A stretch of DNA of 64,000 nucleotides from a virus (taxonomy: Duplodnaviria > Caudoviricetes), in IMG/VR virus record IMGVR_UViG_3300043447_000395, positions 1 to 64,000 of that record, one strand, 5' to 3'. Positions 56,591-64,000 of the stretch are shown one piece after another (the first letter of the stretch is position 1; each line of letters starts with the position of its first letter). The notes under the pieces were generated by a model that made no database searches, had not been told where the DNA came from, and saw nothing but the letters and a program-made list of their open reading frames with translations. Both the position numbers and the translations under genes were made by a program.

Positions 56591-57997
56591 TTATAAAGTT
56601 ACGTTAATCATAGTTACGTTACCTTCGTAAGATACACTATTTATTTCGTATTTTAAACTATTCATACCTTCATTTTTATAGTCAATTTTACCTTGTTGCA
56701 TCTTTGTGACAAACCTTTTCTCGTTCTTCGCAGTGGTTTCCCCTTTGACCCACTTACCATCCACAAAACCTTCATCTTTATGTTCCATACAAAAGAATCT
56801 ACCTTCTCTTCTTTGGGGTATTAGGTTTTGGGTTACGTCAAAACTTTCGTTTTCAATTTCCACATCATATCCCCAACCTGATGTTTCATTAACGTTATTC
56901 ATAAAACCGTTTGAAAAATCACAATCAAAAATTAAACCGTCGTTGGTGTTAAATGTGTCTTCGACTTTATCAATAAATTTGTTAAAGATTTTAACATGAC
57001 CAATTTTACCTTTGTAAAATGTAAATGTTTCATTACAGAAACCAATTATAAATGGTTCGGTATAATTATGTTTCATCAATTCTTCACCAACAATAAAAGG
57101 TTTGTTCTCTTTACTACCACTTCTATTTGTAACTAATTCGTCATTTACATAGAAATACATTTCCTTCGTTTCATTGTTGAATGACATAGTAATCCAAGTC
57201 CATTCATTTTCAAACTTCTTAGCATAGTTGTAATGGTTGTTCTTTTTAATATCAAACATACTCATGTTAACTGAACGTGAGTTATTAAACGATAATCCCC
57301 AAGTCCAACTACCCTTTTTCCTAATTAATGGGTATTCAACGAATTTTCTTTTCTCATCACCGACTAACCAAATAGGTACTTTACCTGGTTGTTGTTCCGC
57401 ATTAAATAAGATTGATATGGTGTGATTGTTGCTTAAACATTCTGTCAATTCTTGATTTGTTGAGAATAGAGAAAACGATTTTTTACCGTCAAAAACCGCA
57501 ACCGGTTTATTGTTATATGATTTAAAAATTGAGTTATTTGAATATCCCTCGAAATGGCACCTCCAAAACAAATCATCATCTTCCTGACCCCAATCCCAAT
57601 ATTCATTAGAGTATCCGTTTGTTCTTTCCATTTGTTCTTTGGTAAACAAAACAACACCTCCAAAGTATTGATCATAACCTAATGTATATCCATATTTTGA
57701 CAATTTGGTTGCAATATGTACAGGATGTTTATCAGGATAAGAATAGTCACACTCTTCAAATGGAACCATATCAACATCATGCCAAGCAATGTAGTCACAC
57801 CCGTCTTCAAATGCATGTTTTGCTGCAATATTTTTCATGGCACCTCTGTTGAATAGTTTATCATCAACTTGATGTGCAACATAAAATTGATGTTCTATTC
57901 CTTGTTTATTTAAGTGTTCAGTTAGTGCAGGTACTAAAGCATCCAAATGATTCTTCCTGTTTCTATACGGTATACAAATACCTAATTTATGACTCAT
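56591..57997 (-). CDS. GT7 (beta-1,4-galactosyltransferase-like) with inserted LamG-like domain
   Basis: IPYRNR, FNRGAMKN, WHDVD, YFGGV, NGYSNEYWDWGQEDDDL, insert, then EGMNSLKY...INV. Confidence 0.85.
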   Translation of the reverse strand: MSHKLGICIPYRNRKNHLDALVPALTEHLNKQGIEHQFYVAHQVDDKLFNRGAMKNIAAKHAFEDGCDYIAWHDVDMVPFEECDYSYPDKHPVHIATKLSKYGYTLGYDQYFGGVVLFTKEQMERTNGYSNEYWDWGQEDDDLFWRCHFEGYSNNSIFKSYNNKPVAVFDGKKSFSLFSTNQELTECLSNNHTISILFNAEQQPGKVPIWLVGDEKRKFVEYPLIRKKGSWTWGLSFNNSRSVNMSMFDIKKNNHYNYAKKFENEWTWITMSFNNETKEMYFYVNDELVTNRSGSKENKPFIVGEELMKHNYTEPFIIGFCNETFTFYKGKIGHVKIFNKFIDKVEDTFNTNDGLIFDCDFSNGFMNNVNETSGWGYDVEIENESFDVTQNLIPQRREGRFFCMEHKDEGFVDGKWVKGETTAKNEKRFVTKMQQGKIDYKNEGMNSLKYEINSVSYEGNVTMINVTL

Positions 57998-59439
57998 ATT
58001 CCAACATTTATATGTGTAAAATTTTTGTTTATTATATTGACACCGTATTCAATAAATTGTAATGTTGATAATCCATCATTATACAATAAATCATCATTTA
58101 GTGAAACTTCATTAAGGAATCTTAATTGATTCCATCTCGTTGCTTGGTCTTTCCATTTATTTTCTACAAAACCATTTTCCATGTGAGGCATTAAACTAAA
58201 CAACGACTTTCTTCTATGTGGTATTTTTACATATAAAATATCATCCATTTTAAAATTAATCATCTCACAGTTCACAATTTCACCATCGTTATTGTTATTA
58301 GTTAAATCAACTAATTTATAATCTTTAATTTTAGATGCATCGTAATATAACTTCAATGAGGATGATGAATTATAATCACCATAATTTTTTGTTAATTGAT
58401 TATCAAAATTATTAGAAATTTCAAATACCTCTTTTTCATTTAATGCGGAATTCCAATGTGCAAATAAATCAATATATCCTTTGAAATATTTTTCGCCGTT
58501 TTCATCTACATATTTTAAAAACTTTCTATTTGGGTCACCTACACCTAAATAAAAGTGTTCTTCGTTTTTGTAGTTATATATGTTTTTAAAATCAACATCA
58601 CCGATTTTTAAACCATCTTGGTAAACAGTAATTTTATGTGTGTCGTAATCTATCGTAACACACATATTTGTTTTATAATTAGGTTTGATTTTTGAATTCA
58701 CATATAAGACGTTGTTGTCTTTATCAAATGTACAAAAATTATATCTTGAGAATGAATTGTATGAAATTGCAAAATCATGCCCTGGTATCGAAAAAACATT
58801 ATAATTGTCGGTAGAACTTAAATGATTACATATTAATTTCTCCGGATAAAATGAAATGAAGAATGTGTTATTTCCGTTTAAGTCGAAATTGTTTTTTCCT
58901 TTAACATATGCATTAATTCCATTGAATTTTAACGATTTACTTTTTGGTCTTAAGTTTTTTAATTCCAAAGTGTCTAATTCTAATTCATGTTTTTTACATC
59001 TATAAAGTAAATCAGTATCCTCAAATCCCCATCCCCAATACTTGTTTGAATAACCGTCTATTTTTTTAAAGTCTTCGACCGTAAACATGGTAACTCCGCC
59101 GAAATATTCTTCAAAGGTTTCTTTAGGTTTTTCGTCTCTATCAAAATATTGAAAATCGGTGGCCATGTGTAATGGTTTATCTGAGTAACTATAGTCAACC
59201 GATATTGGGACCATGTCAACATCATGAAAAACAACGTAATCACATTTCATTTTTTCTGCATAAGTAAATCCAATATTAAGAAGTGAACCTCTATTGAATT
59301 GTTTTGCGTCATCTTGGTCAATAACAAAAACATGATAAGGAATTCCCAAGTTTTCTAAATAAAATTTAAGATTTCTTGAGAATTCCCTAAGTTGATTTTT
59401 TCTATTTCGATAAGGTACTATTATACCTAATTTTTTCAT
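57994..59439 (-). CDS. GT7 (beta-1,4-galactosyltransferase-like) with inserted LamG-like domain
   Basis: IVPYRNR, FNRGSLLNIG, FHDVD, YFGGV, GYSNKYWGWGFEDTDL, insert (LKFNG...FKGYID...LKLYYD), DGLSTL...INVGI. Confidence 0.85.
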   Translation of the reverse strand: MKKLGIIVPYRNRKNQLREFSRNLKFYLENLGIPYHVFVIDQDDAKQFNRGSLLNIGFTYAEKMKCDYVVFHDVDMVPISVDYSYSDKPLHMATDFQYFDRDEKPKETFEEYFGGVTMFTVEDFKKIDGYSNKYWGWGFEDTDLLYRCKKHELELDTLELKNLRPKSKSLKFNGINAYVKGKNNFDLNGNNTFFISFYPEKLICNHLSSTDNYNVFSIPGHDFAISYNSFSRYNFCTFDKDNNVLYVNSKIKPNYKTNMCVTIDYDTHKITVYQDGLKIGDVDFKNIYNYKNEEHFYLGVGDPNRKFLKYVDENGEKYFKGYIDLFAHWNSALNEKEVFEISNNFDNQLTKNYGDYNSSSSLKLYYDASKIKDYKLVDLTNNNNDGEIVNCEMINFKMDDILYVKIPHRRKSLFSLMPHMENGFVENKWKDQATRWNQLRFLNEVSLNDDLLYNDGLSTLQFIEYGVNIINKNFTHINVGI

Positions 59440-59651
59440 TTATCTTCGGTTTTGTCTTTGTACACGTCATCAACAAGATACTTCTTGTAATATTCATGTA
59501 GATAAAATTGTAATCTTTCGCTCCATTCATTTTTATCAATTTCTTCAAACCAAATGGTTAATGAATCAAGTGAATTACCAATTTTTTCGAGGGCTTTAAT
59601 TTTTCTTAATTCTAAATCGAATTGTTGTTTTTCTTTTTCTTCCTTTGTCAT
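59436..59651 (-). CDS. hypothetical protein
   Basis: 71-aa ORF coupled on both sides. Confidence 0.6.
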   Translation of the reverse strand: MTKEEKEKQQFDLELRKIKALEKIGNSLDSLTIWFEEIDKNEWSERLQFYLHEYYKKYLVDDVYKDKTEDK

Positions 59652-60499
59652 ATAGATTTTATTTTATTTATCAAATAATTCCATTGTCTATATCCGTTAT
59701 ATTCGGGATATATTAATCCTTTTTCAAACATGAAATCGGGGTTGTCTAAGTTTATTTTGAATTTTGTTTTAAGTAATGATTTGAACATTCTTGAATATTC
59801 GTCTGAATATGAATAATCTTGTTTGACATTTGCAACTTCTCGTATTCTGTCAATTGCAGTTTTGTCCCATTTAAAATGGTGAACTTGTACCGTTTTAGAA
59901 GGATGTATTAAAGGATGATTCCATCCTTGCCATCTCCATGTTGTTTGACCATTTATCTTCGCATAATGTTGTCCATTGGTGATTTCAATATAACCTTTAA
60001 CAACACAAATTTTATTTGGACAAGCTTCACTCATTGGATACCTAAAAAATCCAGCATTTGGGTATTGTTCCCAAATCGATATGTCATTTTGTAATTCAAC
60101 GAATTCACCGTTCTCACCAATCCTATCAATAAATCCTCCTCTTACAATATCCCAACCATTTATTTCACATTCTTTGATTAATGTTTTTAGATTATTTTCG
60201 GGATATAAATGAAATTCGTCAATGTCGGCAATAACCCACCAATCATTGGGATGTTTTGATTTAATAAAATTATATAGACCTGTAACCTTCTCCCAATCAA
60301 ATACTCTACTTTTAATTGTGTGAGCAATTTTAACATTATTAAAATCCTTAATAATGTCTCTAACTTCATAATTAATCGTTGGATTGACATCCGATTCATA
60401 AACAATGATGTTTATTTCATCGACATGACTTTTATAATGATTTATAAAATGAGTGAGTAAATTTGAACCGTGACCAATAACTGTTAATAGACGAATCAT
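59648..60499 (-). CDS. GT2-like glycosyltransferase
   Basis: LLTHFINHY, WWVIADIDEF (DxD), GGFIDR, HHFKW. Confidence 0.8.
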   Translation of the reverse strand: MIRLLTVIGHGSNLLTHFINHYKSHVDEINIIVYESDVNPTINYEVRDIIKDFNNVKIAHTIKSRVFDWEKVTGLYNFIKSKHPNDWWVIADIDEFHLYPENNLKTLIKECEINGWDIVRGGFIDRIGENGEFVELQNDISIWEQYPNAGFFRYPMSEACPNKICVVKGYIEITNGQHYAKINGQTTWRWQGWNHPLIHPSKTVQVHHFKWDKTAIDRIREVANVKQDYSYSDEYSRMFKSLLKTKFKINLDNPDFMFEKGLIYPEYNGYRQWNYLINKIKSI

Positions 60500-60505
60500 A
60501 CATAT

Positions 60506-60534
60506 AATATAATTAAATTTGTCTAAAAAATCAA
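60506..60534 (-). promoter_or_regulatory. sigma70-like promoter TTGATT-N17-TATATT
   Basis: identical hexamers and spacing to the site at 21322-21350. Confidence 0.55.
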
Positions 60535-60546
60535 ATTCTTCTTATA

Positions 60547-61308
60547 TTATTTTTTTCTAATAATAGTAATTCCGGTTGATGATGGTTTGTTTTTAACTAT
60601 ACCGTGATTAAATAGATTAATCTTTTCCCAAACATTAGTGTCAATCTCTTGAACAAACTTTATTGGTCCTGTCCAATCGTCGTGATCGCCTCTATCCTTA
60701 ACTTCTTGGGTTATAATGAAATTGTCAGCATAATTGGGGTCAGTGTCGTGTATTGAAACGATACCATTTGGTGATAATAGTTGTGTGTACAATTCAAAAT
60801 CTTCTTTAACACTTTCGTAACTATGTCCAGCATCAATATGTAGATAATCGATTTGTATTTCTTGTTTTACAAAGAAATTATAGAAAGCGTCTTCGGTTGT
60901 TGTGTTTAATATCCTCGGAGAGTAAACTCTTCTAAAAAATGATTCTTCGTTCATCCAATTAACCTGACCTCCAATTCCATTCGCAGCATCGACTATGTAT
61001 GTGGTACCAATATCACCCCAATTAATGTCACGAGTTCCCTCAAATATCTTTTGTGAATGTAAATCTAATCTTGCTTGTGTCATAATACGAGGTATAAATC
61101 CTCCACCACTACCTAAACATACACAAACCTTTGCTCTCATGTATTGAATAAGTGAATAAACAATTAAACCGTCACCTAAGTGTAGGTCAGTTGCACCGTG
61201 TGACCATCTATATGGTACGTTAACTAATTTTTCATCACCAACTTCATCAAATTCAACATTGTTGGTGATTTCACATCTTATAAATTCTTGATTAGTAATC
61301 ATATTCAA
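60547..61308 (-). CDS. class I SAM methyltransferase (Methyltransf_24-like)
   Basis: VCLGSGGG, LHIDAGHSYESVKEDF, LSPNGIVSIHD. Confidence 0.85.
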   Translation of the reverse strand: MNMITNQEFIRCEITNNVEFDEVGDEKLVNVPYRWSHGATDLHLGDGLIVYSLIQYMRAKVCVCLGSGGGFIPRIMTQARLDLHSQKIFEGTRDINWGDIGTTYIVDAANGIGGQVNWMNEESFFRRVYSPRILNTTTEDAFYNFFVKQEIQIDYLHIDAGHSYESVKEDFELYTQLLSPNGIVSIHDTDPNYADNFIITQEVKDRGDHDDWTGPIKFVQEIDTNVWEKINLFNHGIVKNKPSSTGITIIRKK

Positions 61309-62000
61309 TTAGTGTTATCGATTTTATCTTTAATTAACGTATATAACTCATTGTCTCTCTGTATTTGTACACCACATATTCTTGCGGATATTTGAATTGA
61401 TATTCCTTCGCCCGAACCGACAACAGTTTTTCTCCCACTAATCACATCACACGACTCCTTAATGACTTGTAACTTCTCGTACATTTGATAGAAATTATCT
61501 TTTAACCCTTCTTTATTAAAAACTAAGAAGTACTCGTAAATCGTCTCTAAATCACCATATTGTGGGTATATTTTTTGTAAATATGTTTTATAATTCAACC
61601 AATCAACATCATCAGGATTCATTTGAATATCTTTCACATACTCTTTTCTAATTTTATGCCCTAATAAGGTTTCAACATACGAAATTCCTTTTTGGTAAGG
61701 GTAATTATTTAATTGATTAACAAATGAATAATCAGATATTAAAGTATCCGCATCGATTATGATTGAGATATTGTGTTGTTTTAATATTTCCTTAACCAAT
61801 ATTATTTTATCATGATATGATTTAAGACGTCTATTGTAATCTATCAGTCTAATGTTAGTATTCGATGTGAATTGATTTGGTTCGTCAGTTAACACATAAC
61901 ACTTGATTCCCATATCATTTAAATGTGTTAATTTGTTTTTAGTTTTAGTAAAATAAGACTCATCCCCAAAACACATTATACCTATGGCAATATTACTCAT
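61305..62000 (-). CDS. GT-A-like protein
   Basis: YVLTD, SYHDK, IIIDADT (DxD), GEG. Confidence 0.55.
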   Translation of the reverse strand: MSNIAIGIMCFGDESYFTKTKNKLTHLNDMGIKCYVLTDEPNQFTSNTNIRLIDYNRRLKSYHDKIILVKEILKQHNISIIIDADTLISDYSFVNQLNNYPYQKGISYVETLLGHKIRKEYVKDIQMNPDDVDWLNYKTYLQKIYPQYGDLETIYEYFLVFNKEGLKDNFYQMYEKLQVIKESCDVISGRKTVVGSGEGISIQISARICGVQIQRDNELYTLIKDKIDNTN

Positions 62001-62006
62001 AGGTAT

Positions 62007-62035
62007 AATATAGATAAAAATTAAGAAAAAAACAA
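62007..62035 (-). promoter_or_regulatory. sigma70-like promoter TTGTTT-N17-TATATT
   Basis: read directly upstream of 62000. Confidence 0.5.
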
Positions 62036-62036
62036 A

Positions 62037-64000
62037 TTAAAATCCTTTAATCACAACGACTTTACCTGTTTGATTTGATGAGAAATAAACATTGATATTG
62101 TTCGAATTGACAGAATTAATTCTTGAAGGTATCACAACATCTCTATTATTATCCCAAACTGTGACAACAGTAAAATCGGAATTTAAGTTGTGTGGAATGG
62201 ACCACGTTGCTGAGTTAGTAAAACTCCCTGTATATCTTAAATCATATATGTTACTAACTGGAATTGAACCACTTATAATGTGTCCACCTGGTGCGATATT
62301 AATATTACCTGTTTGTGGTGATGAGAAGTACACCTCCATATTATTAGTGTCAACCGCCTTTATACCACTCGGAATAACTATTCTATCGGTGTTGTCATAA
62401 ACATTAACTAACGGATATTTTGTCCCTAAATTGTGTGTTATTGACCAAGTTGCCATGTTAGTAACCGCATATGTTACTCCACCGGCACCATCTCTACCTG
62501 ATGTTCCTGAACTACCTGATGTACCACTTGAACCAGATGTTCCTGAAGTACCTGTACTACCCGAAGTTCCAGATGAACCACTTGAACCTGAACTTCCACT
62601 CGTTCCACTACTTCCTGAACTACCTGATGTACCACTTGAACCAGATGTTCCACTGGTTCCTGATGAACCACGAGTACCTGAACTTCCACTTGTACCACTA
62701 CTTCCTGACGTTCCACTTGACCCCGAACTACCACTAGTACCTGATGTTCCACTTGTCCCGCTTGAACCTGAACTACCGCTTGTTCCTGAAGTTCCGCTAC
62801 TACCAGAACTACCTGATGTGCCAGCAGTCCCTGACGAACCTGAGCTACCACTAGTTCCTGAAGTACCACTTGAACCTGAACTACCACTTGTACCTGAGGT
62901 TCCACTAGAACCCGATGAACCACTTGAACCTGAAGTGCCTGAAGTTCCTGATGAACCACTAGAACCTGAGGTTCCACTAGTACCTGAACTACCACTCGTA
63001 CCACTTGTTCCAGCTGTTCCTGAAGAACCACTAGAACCCGATGTACCAGAAGTTCCTGAAGAACCAGCAGCCTTTACCCACGCAGTTCCTGTATATCTAT
63101 AAATGTTAGTGTCTGTCGTATCGTAATAAATTGCTCCCGTTGCATTCATTGCCGGAGTACCTGTTGAAACAGGAATCGATAATGAACCCGTAATTCTCAC
63201 AGAACCCGTGAAATTATGTTGGTCACCTGCATCGTTACCAAAGGCAGATGATCCACTTTGGAAACTTGTTGTCATAAATGTAACCGAGTTGGATACGATA
63301 TATTGGTTTGCAGTTAGATTACCTCTAACTTGTAAATTACCACTGATAATACCACTACCTGTCACATTTAAATTACTTCCATCAAACGACATGTTTGATT
63401 CAACAGTTGCATTTGGTGCAGACCCATTAAGAGTTATAATACCATTATCAAATGTACCTGTTAATGTTACTGTTCCGCTTGAACCTGAACTACCTGATGT
63501 ACCTGCAGTTCCTGAAGTACCGGCAGTTCCTGAAGAGCCCGAACTACCACTTGTTCCACTTGTTCCTGACGAACCTGAACTACCTGATGTTCCACTCGTG
63601 CCTGCACTTCCTGAGGAGCCAGAACTTCCCGACGTACCACTTGTACCTGACGAACCTGAAGTACCTGATGTTCCACTCGTGCCTGAAGAACCACTTGATC
63701 CTGATGTTCCTGATGATCCGCTCAATCCTGAAGAACCTGATGTACCAGCACTTCCCGAGGAACCGGAACTTCCTGATGTACCACTTGTACCTGAGGAACC
63801 AGAACTTCCGCTAGTCCCTGAAGTACCCGATGAACCACTTGTACCTGAAGTACCGGATGTTCCCGAAGATCCTGAACTACCACTTGTTCCTGAAGACCCA
63901 CTTGAGCCTGATGTTCCGCTCGTACCTGATGTACCCGAACTTCCGCTCGAACCTGAAGTTCCACTCGTTCCACTACTACCTGATGAACCCGAACTACCAC
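62037..64000 (-). CDS. Gly-Ser/Thr-repeat fibre-like structural protein, 5'-truncated by window edge
   Basis: frame stays open (GSS/GTS) from the TTG at 63725 to 64000, so the true start lies outside the window; shares modules with 12555-15170; two C-terminal WSI.HNL...V.V(Y/W)D...VYFSS.QTG repeats. Confidence 0.85.
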   Translation of the reverse strand, partial: GSSGSSGSSGTSGTSGSSGSSGTSGTSGTSGSSGSSGTSGSSGSSGTSGTSGTSGSSGTSGTSGSSGSSGTSGTSGSSGSSGSAGTSGSSGLSGSSGTSGSSGSSGTSGTSGTSGSSGTSGTSGSSGSSGSAGTSGTSGSSGSSGTSGTSGSSGSSGTAGTSGTAGTSGSSGSSGTVTLTGTFDNGIITLNGSAPNATVESNMSFDGSNLNVTGSGIISGNLQVRGNLTANQYIVSNSVTFMTTSFQSGSSAFGNDAGDQHNFTGSVRITGSLSIPVSTGTPAMNATGAIYYDTTDTNIYRYTGTAWVKAAGSSGTSGTSGSSGSSGTAGTSGTSGSSGTSGTSGSSGSSGTSGTSGSSGSSGSSGTSGTSGSSGSSGTSGTSGSSGSSGTAGTSGSSGSSGTSGTSGSSGSSGTSGTSGTSGSSGSSGTSGSSGTSGSSGTRGSSGTSGTSGSSGTSGSSGSSGTSGSSGSSGSSGTSGSTGTSGTSGSSGTSGSSGTSGRDGAGGVTYAVTNMATWSITHNLGTKYPLVNVYDNTDRIVIPSGIKAVDTNNMEVYFSSPQTGNINIAPGGHIISGSIPVSNIYDLRYTGSFTNSATWSIPHNLNSDFTVVTVWDNNRDVVIPSRINSVNSNNINVYFSSNQTGKVVVIKGF
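62497..63066 (-). repeat. Gly-X-Y Ser/Thr-rich coding repeat
   Basis: long uninterrupted SGTSGSSG tract. Confidence 0.9.
63473..64000 (-). repeat. Gly-X-Y Ser/Thr-rich coding repeat, runs off window
   Basis: GSS/GTS triplets with diversified codons. Confidence 0.9.

Noticed and set aside
5963-62000. Bacterial O-antigen/capsule locus
   Set aside because: No wzx/wzy/wzz, ABC exporter or initiating transferase; embedded among phage fibre genes and orphans
62092-64000. Shadow ORFs over the second fibre gene, and apparent start at 63725 or frameshift with ORF 63722-64000
   Set aside because: The fibre frame is open to the window edge; the TTG is an internal Leu and no frameshift is needed
1-64000. 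Alternative genetic code (stop-codon reassignment)
   Set aside because: Recognisable enzymes are full length and tightly packed under the standard code
1-64000. tRNA/rRNA genes, integrase or transposase
   Set aside because: Intergenic gaps are short and AT-rich with no cloverleaf seen, and no recombinase motifs; tRNAscan was not run

Overview
AT-rich, gene-dense 64 kb segment, most consistent with a large tailed dsDNA phage. Support: a tail-fibre protein with a C-terminal S74-type intramolecular chaperone, phage-type thyA, cyclophilin and DNA MTase, and many small orphans. Starts are A-rich without Shine-Dalgarno motifs, which hints at a Bacteroidota host (inference). No intact capsid, terminase or portal gene is in the window. 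About 50 kb between two Gly-Ser/Thr-repeat fibre genes (12555-15170 and 62037->64000) is a glycan/small-molecule tailoring island. It holds GT2/GT4/GT7-like glycosyltransferases, a TibC/Aah-like protein O-heptosyltransferase next to the fibre gene, and SAM methyltransferases. It also holds 11 SGNH-fold proteins, 5 2OG-Fe(II) oxygenases, 4 radical SAM enzymes, sulfotransferase-like proteins with CysC, a carbamoyltransferase, NDP-sugar epimerases/RmlC and TPP-dependent E1-like alpha/beta subunits. Two signals stand out as possibly undescribed. (1) A late-promoter-led gene (28431-29921) fuses a circularly permuted ATP-grasp domain to a Hint domain that lacks its N-terminal nucleophile but keeps the C-terminal His-Asn, followed by a 36-aa 8-Cys peptide; an unannotated 29-aa micro-ORF follows. 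(2) Nine of the ten ORFs downstream of it, which are mostly unrelated to each other, plus six more elsewhere, end in the same short C-terminal motif (basic-rich, then S/T/N/K, then two hydrophobic residues, typically -L-I-COOH). This suggests a shared C-terminal targeting or conjugation tag. All functional calls come from motif recognition by eye; no searches were run.
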